Both the position numbers and the translations under genes were made by a program. The notes beneath the pieces are model-generated. The model did no database searches. It was not told the DNA's origin and saw only the letters and a program-made list of their open reading frames with translations. Below, piece after piece: positions 1 to 10,157 of a stretch of DNA of 64,000 nucleotides (positions are counted from its first letter, which is position 1; each line of letters starts with the position of its first letter). The stretch lies in NCBI RefSeq assembly GCF_003704095.1, contig NW_020843442.1, positions 310,001 through 374,000 of the forward strand, read 5' to 3'. This DNA is from Pocillopora damicornis. Lineage: Eukaryota.

Positions 1-496
1 ATTGCCATGAGCTGACAACCAAAGAAAAAGAGAAGGGATGTCTACTAACAGGAGAGAGTTATGTCCAACTCTTTTTTATGTCAAAGGTATGGACAACTTT
101 CTTTCCTGCAGACAAAAGGTGATTTGACACAACCAATCCCATCTGTTCTGTTTCTCAAAGGTCATATTCTTGCATGGGGTCTCTGCTTATTAGTAAGGAT
201 AAACAAAGTAAAAATCAAATTTTCACTTTTAAAAGTGTCTGCATCTGCTTATGTGAATGTGTACATATAAGAAGTGTTTGACTGGGAGGCAAAAACAGGA
301 ATTGAAAAAATTGTCTGTAAGCAGAACTACTGCCTGCTACCACAGTGTTTGTTAGCAGAGAGTCAATTGTACTTCAAAACCTTTTAAATTTTTTTCACAC
401 TAAATGCAATTAACATATGAAGTAACTCTTACCCTCATCCACCTCTGGTCTTGGCAGGTCACAAGAAGTAGGTGCTTTATTTTGTGTTGTCTTGCT
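1..496 (-). CDS. Candidate downstream alternative exons of the SOBP-like gene (496-433, plus an exon starting at 11 that runs off the window)
   Basis: Acceptor ...ctcacattcacag| opens phase-0 SKTTQNKAPTSCDLPRPEVDE+G, which ends at a GTAAGA donor (432). A strong polypyrimidine acceptor cttctctttttctttggttgtcag| at 12 continues in phase 1 (AHGN...). The exon is phase-compatible with the exon-4 donor at 4318. No homology can be confirmed inside the window. Confidence 0.45.
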
Positions 497-909
497 CTGT
501 GAATGTGAGTCAACAAGAAAACTGTTCACAATACTATTCACTTCCATTTCTCAGACTTCATTTAACCGAGTCAAGTATCACTTGACAAACTCACACATAT
601 TTGCAGAATGCTACTCTTTATCTTGTACCTACATGTAGATACATTTCCATTTTTCATTTCTTCCCTCCCCAAAAATTAATTTCTGCATGAAGCATAATCT
701 GCAACTGGAAATGCCACTGAGACTGTGTTTGCAGGATTCTTCATTCCCTTCAACATTGTAAGGCAAAAGTTCAAATACTGAAACACCAACATGTCTATCA
801 AGCAAAAAATTCTGTACTTTTCTTTTTGTCACCTCATCATGATAGATCAACGTGCAAAATGCCAGACAACAAGCTATTTTTGTCATCTTAAAACTTGCTA
901 ATAATTTCA

Positions 910-1113
910 ATCCCATCTCTTAAGTGAACAAGAATATTTCTTCCTTACAAAATCATTACAATAAAAAGCAGATAACTGATAAGAGTAAAGAAGAACATCA
1001 ACTAGGAGAATATTCATTGATCCAATACCATATTCTCCAAACTAACAGCAAAAGAATTGCATAACAGAAGGTAAAGAGAGTTACCAATGAGATCTTGGGA
1101 GGGAAAGGGTTAA
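910..1113. mobile_element. piggyBac-type MITE (family A), degenerate left end
   Basis: ~200 bp ending AAAGGGTTAA. It is the reverse-orientation homologue of the copies at 15331 and 50043. Confidence 0.65.
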
Positions 1114-1750
1114 AGGACATTGTTTCAACCCTGACTTTCTACTGGTAGACTAGCATGCAGCTCAAAGTACAGAAGACATAACGTTGTACTGTAACTCTTG
1201 TAAGTAAATAACTTGATAGACAATGGTGTCTACATGACAGGAAGGACAAAACACCACCAACATGGACTGATTGTGGTGAAAAGAGCTCAGAGAAAGACTA
1301 GAATGATGCACAAAAGGTGCCACACAAGTTCTCTCTGGATGTCTTCTTTTATTACAGGTTTGATTGTAAAAAGATAAACAAGGTTGCCCATGAAAAATAA
1401 AAAAGTTTGAAAAACTATATAATGAAATAAAATAAACAGGACTGAATATCTGACATTTGGGCCAAGACCTAACAGTTCTTTGTGAGAACTACCACTGAGT
1501 ATAATACAAGTCTTAGGTGTTCTTCATTCAAAGGAACCCTGCTCTCATCACCACTGTTAAATCAAGAATATCGATGCATGGATCATTCAATTTAGTATAT
1601 TTGTAGCTCTTTTCCTTATTTATTTTTTCTATGCTCCTGACAGGCTTTTTGGAGATAATTTACAAGAATAATTAGTGAAGTAAAATATATAACGGCCCTC
1701 TACTACCTTCTGATGCTTTAAGAATAGTGACATAATTCAGTACACTTGTA

Positions 1751-4700
1751 CTAAATTTTACTGTACATGTGTTTTTCTAAACCCTTTTGATCTCGCCAGC
1801 TATTGATGTACAACCAATAGTCTCTTTCCTCCTCTGCTGTTTGAGCCTCTTCAAATCTACGTTTGACCTTAAGCAGTTTCCTATTGCAAGCATCGCAAAT
1901 TATCAACTTAACAATCTGATCTGGAACAGTTGAGAATAGTGATGGAAACTTGACCCTGTTCAATGTCTTGACCTCTTTCTGCGAATTCTCTGGGATGTAT
2001 TTGTCACACATAAAACAAGTTGAGCAATTGCTGTTCTTAGAGCCAGATGATGCCAACTTATTACTGATGTCTTGGCCAGTCCATATCTTGATGTGTGCAA
2101 CATAGTCTCTGTCCTCTTCTGAGATACCTGCAGTCACATACCTATCACGTTGACGAGCCAATCTTTCGCAGCATGTCAAGCATCCTTTTAAAATGCCAAC
2201 ACTCTCAGGTAAATTACTAAAAAGTGTAGGGAATTTGCTTCTTCTGAGCTTCCCATGACGACTGTTTTTAAGTACTTGCTTTGAACAAATGTAACAATCA
2301 AACAAAAGCTCTGATGTGTCTCTGAGTTCTGTGCTGCCATGAGCTGTAGTTGACTGCAATGCTGCCTTGTTCTCTACAGAACTAACAGGATTGTGATTTT
2401 TTATGGTAGAATCAGAAGCTGTGGAGGAACTATTTGTCACCAGAAGTTTCCAGCTTAACTTCCCACCATCCAGTTTGTTGTCATCAGTGACTTCTACATG
2501 AGATACATTGGTAGCCTCCTTTGGGTGCAAGTCTGCTGACAAGCCTGATTTGGAAGCTTTCAAAGTGTGGTGGCATTTTTGGCAAACAGCAGCCTGATAG
2601 AGCCAGTCGGGATGGCTTCCAAATAAATGAGGATGTTCCACACGGAAAACAACTTCTGGTTTCTGATAAAAGTATTCTGAACACATGATACAGTTCCAGA
2701 ACTTAAAGACCATATTTGTCTTGCCTGAGTTGTTCACAACTGGTAGGGAGGCCACAACACAGTACACTCCTTTGATGTTAGGAGGCTTGGCAAGGAAATG
2801 CGGGGCCTGGGAAAAGGAGAACAGAGGTTCAAATTACTGGCTGCAGCTGCAGGGACTTCCAATTACAATTTGCCACATGGGAGGGGTAGGTCAACAATGC
2901 CTTTATTACAATGAATGTGATGCATGGAATTGAAAATAGTCTGATGGCCTAAATTGGGTACTTGGAGGGCAAAAGGAATAAGATAATTGTAGGGTTAGAT
3001 TTCAAACTTATAAAGTACAGCTGCAACCAACAACATTGTCTACTTTCAAAATAATGCATTTGTGCTCTCTGACTGTATTAAAACAAACCAGGCATTGCAA
3101 ACAAAGCACTGCTATGTACAAGTAAGCTACACATTGGGACTCAAGACATTTGGAAAACTTTTGCCAAAATTTCCTAATTATGCATCAGTTTCATCACTAC
3201 TGTAACACAAAAAACCCTTGTCAAATGGTATTTTAGACAATATTTTAAACTTTGACAAACCCAACATTAGAAGACTGAAACAATCTTTTTGAACCCTTAA
3301 TAAACATTGCAGAAGTTCAAAAATTTTCTGAGAGTGCCAGGTAAATATCCTTGAAATTTCAAAAGTGTCTACCTCTTTGCATTTTGTATCCATGAAAATC
3401 TTTTTCAATCAATTTAGTTTCCATTACAATTTTTTTTTCCACCAAAGAACTCTCCTTGCTTCTGAATACAATTCTCTTATCTGTTAACATTTTGAAAGAG
3501 ACAATGTTGTTTATTTTCAAACCTCTGTTCTCAGGAATACCAGTGCAGTGAAGGAAGTGTTTCAAAAAGAAGAAATGGGACAAAATTCAGAGAAACTGAA
3601 TGTTGCAGAACAGTCTGTCACATAAGTTTAACAACGCACTTCCAATTGAGAGACATACAGTCTCCTGCGTATAACAAACTTCAGTATTATACACCCTATC
3701 ATGTCAATAGGTTAAATGAAGAAACTGCCAGCAATTTAAATTTTGGGCAAAGATTTTAGGATTATGTAAAGCTGTTCCATGTAGCTCACTGTTACATCAC
3801 AGACTGTTTGTCATGCAATGATCTTCCTGGTTCAGAGAATCTTTAAGCCAAGATTGCCTGCCATCCACAAATAAATACATGAAATCTGAAGAAAGACCAT
3901 GAAGACCAAGCAAACTATCCTTCAATGAGCTGCTGATTGTAAGTAATGTATCCTATGTGATGTATTGTAGGTAATATGTTGGAATAGAGTCTATGTATTG
4001 TAGCAGGGTTATAAGCTTCTAATTGTATGTAATGTATGTTGTTTTAAATAAAGATTTATGGATAAATATAAAAAGCAACCTATTTTACAACCATAAAATG
4101 TGATCAATAGTTGAAAACACAGGAGAAATTTAAACATTCACTAAGTAAGAGGCAAGGGTTATTCACTGTTTCCCACATGTCAAATATAAGGAAATGAATT
4201 CCAATAATTAGATAAAATTTTAAAAAAATTAAAACATCCCTTTGGTGAGAGAATGTTCAACTTGTTGCATATTTAAATGTTTTTACAGATAGCTACATAG
4301 ATTACAAAAAAAACTTACCAAAGCAGTTCCAGCTTTAGCACTTTCAGTTGCACCACTTGGTAAACTACAAAGCTCTGGTGTGGCTTGTGGCACTTCGGAC
4401 ATAGGAACTACCTATGGGACCATAACAGATCCAGTTAGAGAAGTGATAAGAAGGATTGATTTTTAACACTGAAAGATGATAAGACAATAATGTTTTAACA
4501 GGATACGAAAGTCAGTACATTTTTCACTTGGTCGAGAACTCAAGAAAGATGTTAAGATCAGCTTGATGTTTTCAAGGGCAACCGCTCAATGTCTATTAGG
4601 GTCAAACCTTGATTATCCTGACTGGTAGGGACTGAGTATAGTAATCAAAATAATAGAGTTTGGATAATGAAAATATGAATTTGCAAGTGTTTGAAGGTAA

Positions 4701-7154
4701 TGGGACCAGAGAAGCAAGTCAGGATATTAAAAAAAGAAAAAAGAAAAAAAAGATAAACTGAGCTTTTACTGTATAAGGTAAAACTTACTTCAGTTTTCAT
4801 AGCTGGCAAAGGCACTACACTTGGATTGCCACGATTTTCTTCACCTTTAATTGATTAAAATGAAAAGAATTATGGATGTATAAAGTATCTTTATTCATGT
4901 AACCAAACCTTAAATCAACCAGGAGCTGATTTCTGCCTTTTCTTTTTCTTTCTGATTATAGCAGGAACAGTGAGCTAACAAAATGTACTGTTCAACGTTC
5001 CTTTAAAATGATAAAAACCTAATAAATTTTAACAATTCTGTCATTAACCTTTTCACCCCTTAGAGTGAGTAGCATCCAATTTCTCCCTACAATATTACCC
5101 CTAAATCACACATTACAGGCATGAGAATAAAGGAAATGATCAACAACTAAAGAGAAAGAGGCTACCTATTATTCAACAAATTATCTTTTTTAGTACCTTT
5201 GCAAATGTATAGGGAGCAGCATGGAGAATATTCACAGACATATTAGGATTTAAAGGATTAACAAGTACCTGGTATTTGCACCACAACTGGAGCCTCATTG
5301 GGATTAAGAGTAACAGCAACAGGCTCAGCACTCTCAGTTTCTGTTGTCTCTGTTGACTTTACAAGAGCACTGTTGTTTTCTTGATCATCATCTTCATCAG
5401 GAAGTAACCTGATTTGAAGTTCCTCTACTGCTTCTCTTGTTATTTCTTCTTCATAACCAAACATGCCCAATAACTCATTCATTGTGCTTTTTGCATAATC
5501 CTAAAAAGAATGAAAACTCCAACATTTGGTGTTTGATTAAAGACAAAGTAATAGACTGGTAAACTTTTATCAAACAAAGTTAACAAAACCTAAAACCCTC
5601 TTTTAGATTACAAGGAGTCCTTCCTTTTTTGGCAAATTCTTTTGTGCAAGTGAAAAAAAATAAGTGAAAAAAAAAAAATAGATGTTAGTGTGTCACACTG
5701 AACTCTGGGAGAGAGGGGCACAAAAAGTGGGAACTATAGACTAGGCTGCTGATTTTGGCCTTGTGTAGCTGATTGAGAAGAGTTCTAAGAAGAATTCTAG
5801 GGATCTGCTGGCCAAACATCATCAGCAACACAGGCCTCTGGAGTGAGACCAACCAAACACCAGTAGAAGGTGAAATCAGAAGGCAAAGATGGAAATGGAT
5901 AAGGAGTACCCTTTGCAAACCAATATCAAGTGTCACAAGACAAGCCCTGTGCTGGAATCCCCAGGCTAAGAGAAAGAGAGGGCAACCAAGGAACACCTGG
6001 CATCATAACCTCAAGGTTGATGTCAGAAAGACCAGCCAAGTAGAAAGAATGACCCAGAACAGAGGTCTCTGGCAGACTGTTGTTGACAGCCTATAGCCCA
6101 AGAGGAACAATGGGTTGAGATAGATAGATAGTGGCTGAGTAATTTCCATGCCTCAAATTTGAATTTCAATTACACATAGCCTATGACATTCCTTATTGTG
6201 TGATTAAGTCATATCCTCATCATTAAATTAAGTCTAAATATTATGATGATCATCAAAATTTTCTTGTTCCCACCACTTCCTAGGGCCTAAAAGACTATGA
6301 AGAAGAAAGCTGCTTTTGTTAACAGTTAAGTGACAAAACATGTTTTCCAAAACTCTTTAGATACATAATCAGAATGTTATAACTAACCAACCAACCTTGA
6401 CCTTTCAATCGCTACTGGAAGTTACAAACGTTTATTTTTTTCCCTTGATTCATAACCCAAGAACAAGACAATTTGGTCTATAACTTACAGTAGAGACCTT
6501 GACCATGAGGTATAAGATGCCTGAGAAAACCAACATTAAACAGTTTATTCATAGCCCTTTGCATTAATATTCTGCTGAACTACAAGGAAGAACAAAGACG
6601 GTGATCGCACGCTCAACTAGCCTATTAATTAAATTTGTTTTTCTCAATCGATGAAATACGCTCGATTTAACATCAATATCTTCGATAGTGTGAAATTTTT
6701 CTTTCCTCTTCGAGCCTTACAAGGTCAACAAATACTTCATGCGTGATTAATTGGGAACATTTATTCTTTAATCGACAGAAGACATGATCGTGGGACCGAG
6801 AGGTCTGTGTAAACAAACCAGTAAAGGCACGATAAAGACACTTGACAAAGCAAGCAAAATTCAGCAAGATTTAGTGTTTAAGTTAATCAAAAGTTTTTTT
6901 GTGTGTGCAAAAGTGATAAAAAGTAGCTGAATGATTCAATAAAACTTAGGTTCCTACCATTTAGTAACAACATTTATGGTCATTTTAAGACTCTCTCATG
7001 AATAGATTCGCTAACAAGCTTTTCTTGTATGATACATTTTCAGACTCACTTAAAAAGTTAGGCACATCTTCGATTCCCTCACCTTCATTTCATCGTTGAA
7101 ATTCTCTCCATTCTGCTTTTCAGCGGCGCTTTCTGCTTCACTTTCTGTCGACAT
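1751..7154 (-). CDS. SOBP: Sine oculis-binding protein (SOBP)-like, isoform ending in a Cys-rich terminal exon (~502 aa, 5 exons)
   Basis: Exons (minus): 7154-7083, 5500-5269, 4844-4789, 4411-4319, 2806-1751. All are GT-AG and phase-consistent (0,1,0,0). The exon 1/2 junction reads FNDEMK|DYAKSTMNELLGMFGYEE, matching the conserved SOBP N-terminal box (INEEMK|NFAENTMNELLGWYGYD). The terminal exon contains ORF 1751..2767. AATAAA lies downstream at 1624-1619 and 1353-1348. Confidence 0.8.
5044..5261. mobile_element. piggyBac-type MITE (family B)
   Basis: TTAACCTTT...AAAGGATTAA termini. Internal sequence is shared with copies at 9720, 18168, 44862, 49000 and 56693. Confidence 0.7.
5750..6131 (+). 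mobile_element. 5'-truncated RTE-clade LINE 3' end in SOBP intron 1
   Basis: ORF 5773..6096 (LRRILGICWPNIISN...IRRQRWKWI...QALCWNPQAKRKRGQPRNTW) is the typical C-terminus of an RTE-type ORF. A short (GATA)n tail follows at ~6118-6131. Confidence 0.85.
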
Positions 7155-7159
7155 AGTGC

Positions 7160-7400
7160 TCGAAATCCAATATGGCCGCCAAATCAATAGCTGTATATTA
7201 ACACTGGAAATACGATTTAAGGAAAAGTCTTTTTAAAAAACGCGACCCCAATTAGAATTCCTCGCTCTTATCAGTTGGTAGTGGTCATCAAAGCAATATA
7301 CCACTCCAAGGATCCATCGTAGTCCACTCCATGCCTGCTATGATGCATTCAGAGTGATGCATTAAAACAAAATGGCGTACCATTTGGCGGGAAAGCTCTC
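7160..7400. promoter_or_regulatory. Putative SOBP-like promoter region with YY1- and E2F-like motifs
   Basis: ATGGCCGCC at ~7172-7180, AAAATGGCG at ~7369-7377 and TTTGGCGGGAAA at 7383-7394, directly upstream of the ATG at 7154. Confidence 0.4.
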
Positions 7401-9092
7401 GCAAATTTGGGATTTTAAACCGTTTTCAACAATCGAACATCGCTCAATTAAGTTAAGCTAAAGAAATTTAACGCAAAAAGAAAAAAAAAGATTTTTGCGG
7501 TGGAAAATTGGTGGTGGAACAAAGAAATTCAAGTTTGCACTATTCTCAGCGTGCGCGTCGCCTTCAGATCTGGTTGGTAATGTTTCCAACAAGTTTCCAG
7601 GGGTAGGGTAAGGCACCAATAAGTGTTTCCAATTTTTTTTTAGCCTTTGTACCCCTTTGGTACCATGAATATAGTCATATCATTTCTTTGTATCTTTTCA
7701 GCGTAAAAAATTATAATATTTCCAGGAATTAAACAATTTTATTCCCATAAGATCTTCATGCTGCATTTCTGAGAATGTACCCTCCCTAGTTGGTAGTGTC
7801 GGTGAACGCGATTAGGCTCCAAGATGGCGGTGAACGTTGTGACGATAAGATGGGAGACAGATACAAAATTCTGATTGAAATAGTGTTACTTCTTGTATAA
7901 ACCAGGGATATAACCCGAGTTAAGAGAATAAAGCATGATAAAGTGATAATGGTTTTGAAACTGAAATAACACAAGAAAGTTTAGCGGGTGCCTTGATCAC
8001 GAAGACTTCGGGTGGCCTTTGATAACTGAATGTTTAAAATAGAACAGAGATAAATGAGCTTTATCTTTCGTTATCACTTATCAGAAACTTGCTTCAGCTG
8101 TCTTTTGCAAACCAAGGCCATATCAAAGATTTACTCGCAAAGTTGCACAATATTTGTCGCCCAATATTTGTTGCAATATTACAAATCCGCCCCATGCCAG
8201 CTGCATGGCACCGCTCGAGGATTCAGCAAGTCGCCAATTTTGTTCAACGAAAGGCAACTTACAAAAGTTGACGAAATTTGAAAAATTAATGAAAAGCGTA
8301 TTCGAAATGCTGTATCCATCACTTCATTCCTGCCTTCTCCGGCTAATCAATGATTTTTGCGGGGATAATTATCTTACACTAGCAACGGCCTCGCTCCTTG
8401 CCTAGGCGACCCGAATCCCCGATTGAATTCACATCTTAACAACGCCAATTAGTGTCAAAATCTGATGCAGAATAGATGATAGTTCTTTACTACAATCAGC
8501 AATATAGATCTCCTAAAATTTTTATTAAATTTGATAACTATCTGCCGCACCGAGATGTGTAATTTGATACTCTTCTGGGTGCTGTAAAGCGAATTTAAGC
8601 GAGCAAAAGACACGCATGAGTAAACAAGGAAACTAATCGACGAAATTTATTGCGTTTGCAGACGGTCGATGAAAGACTTGGGCATAAGTTTCTTAATGAT
8701 GTGAGATTAATTACACTTCAGGGGTAAATAATCAGATATCGAAGCGAAAATATAGCCTTACCAATTGTTGAAGCATTTCAATAGCTATCTGTGTATGACT
8801 TTGCATAAATCAAGTTTTTGTTGGAAAATACCTTAATAATTTGGGTGATAATCTAACTCTATGAACACGTCCGTTCCTTATTCTCAAAGGCAATATGCGT
8901 GTAACCAAGGACACTCGACCAAACCGACCATCTTCGATTCCAAATGATCATTTATGAGTCCACTTCTCAATTGGTTGTGTGGTCGGCGAAACTTCAGATT
9001 GCCACTTCGAGAATCCATGCACGAGAATGGTTCCAAAACTTTCTTTTCTTTGTTTAAGGGATCAATGAAAGAGTCAGTGAGTGAGAAAACGA

Positions 9093-9384
9093 TGACCTGC
9101 AGTGCAGGTGTAATTTTGGCGCGCGAGTGCCTAGCATTTTCTTGGTGAAAGTTATAAGTTATAACAGCAGGGGAAGACTGAGGAGAGAGAAATAAGTCAG
9201 GGTGCGATTATGGTGTGGGCAATATTGAAAAGAAATGAGAGGTGTGGGGATGGGTCTTTCCCCACCCCCTCCCTCTATTGTATCCTTATCTACTCCAACT
9301 ATGAGTCAAACATGGCCGGTCTAAAAAAAACGGTGGCGAGCTTGTAACGTTAACTCGCCCTAGTAAAACGCCTGCACTGCAAGC
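9093..9384. mobile_element. MITE with CCTGCAGTGCAGG-type terminal inverted repeats
   Basis: Left end cctgcagtgcaggtgt, right end acgcctgcactgcaagc. Flanked by the direct repeat TGAGAAAACGA (9082-9092 and 9385-9395), a likely TSD. Confidence 0.7.
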
Positions 9385-9477
9385 TGAGAAAACGAGGATG
9401 AACACGACAGATGTGCTGACCTAATGAAATCAATAGGCAGAGGCAGATAAAATCAAAGGAATAATGAAAATGTGTAA

Positions 9478-9633
9478 AGGGGGTAAGTTTCTAAAAGAAC
9501 TGTGGTGCTGCGTCAGTGGGAGAGTACAACAGGGTTATTTGGTATTATCAGCTGAGTTGATAACGTAAAATGGCCACCGTAAAGAGTTTAAAAGCTGACG
9601 TTTTGAGCGTTAACCCGTCGTCAGAGCGAATGA
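9478..9633 (-). repeat. Penelope/retrozyme-type repeat with a decayed minimal type-I hammerhead motif
   Basis: Minus strand reads gct-CTGACGA-cgggttaacgctc-AAAAC-GTC-agc. This is a hammerhead core with GAAA mutated to AAAA. A related fragment lies at ~60245-60370. Confidence 0.65.
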
Positions 9634-9640
9634 TGGCGAC

Positions 9641-9724
9641 GGCAATACTTCTGGTCGCTTCATGCTACAGAAACTGAAATAAACTCCGGCTGGATGGGAA
9701 ACTTGGCTCGAGCGCAGACTTAAC
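9641..9724 (+). mobile_element. SINE 3' fragment
   Basis: gtcgcttcatgctacagaaactg...ttggctcgagcgcagacttaacc matches the 3' part of the SINE at 58637-58832. Confidence 0.6.
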
Positions 9725-9930
9725 CTTTTAATCCCCAAAGAGTGATTGGCATCTAGTTTCTCCCTACAATGACACCTGAAGCACACATTTAAGTCACAAG
9801 AATAAAGAAAATGATCACCAACAAAAGAAGTTCTTGATTGTTTAACGAATTTTTATTATTAGCACGTGAGGAAATGTGTGCAGAACAGTATGGAGAATAT
9901 GCATACTGATGTTAGGGTTTAAAGGGTGAA
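9720..9930. mobile_element. piggyBac-type MITE (family B)
   Basis: TTAACCTTT...AAAGGGTGAA ends with the family B internal sequence (ggagaatatgcatactgatgttaggg). Confidence 0.7.
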
Positions 9931-10157
9931 CTTACCTAAATAAAACCAATTAGATCTAATACATTTTCAAAAGCAGTTTTCATGTACACTACATAACCAA
10001 AAGCATATTACAGCAGCATTATGGGTACTTAACGTGTTCTCATTTCTAATAATGCGTCTTAAATATTTCAAAATTTCTCTGAATATATAAACATCTTCTA
10101 ATTTGTAATAAAAATATAAATTTGTAATACATCTAATTTCTTGATTAAAGAAATCTT

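Noticed and set aside
629-916. 95-aa minus-strand ORF
   Set aside because: It starts at a MITE edge, has no recognisable homology and no convincing splice sites.
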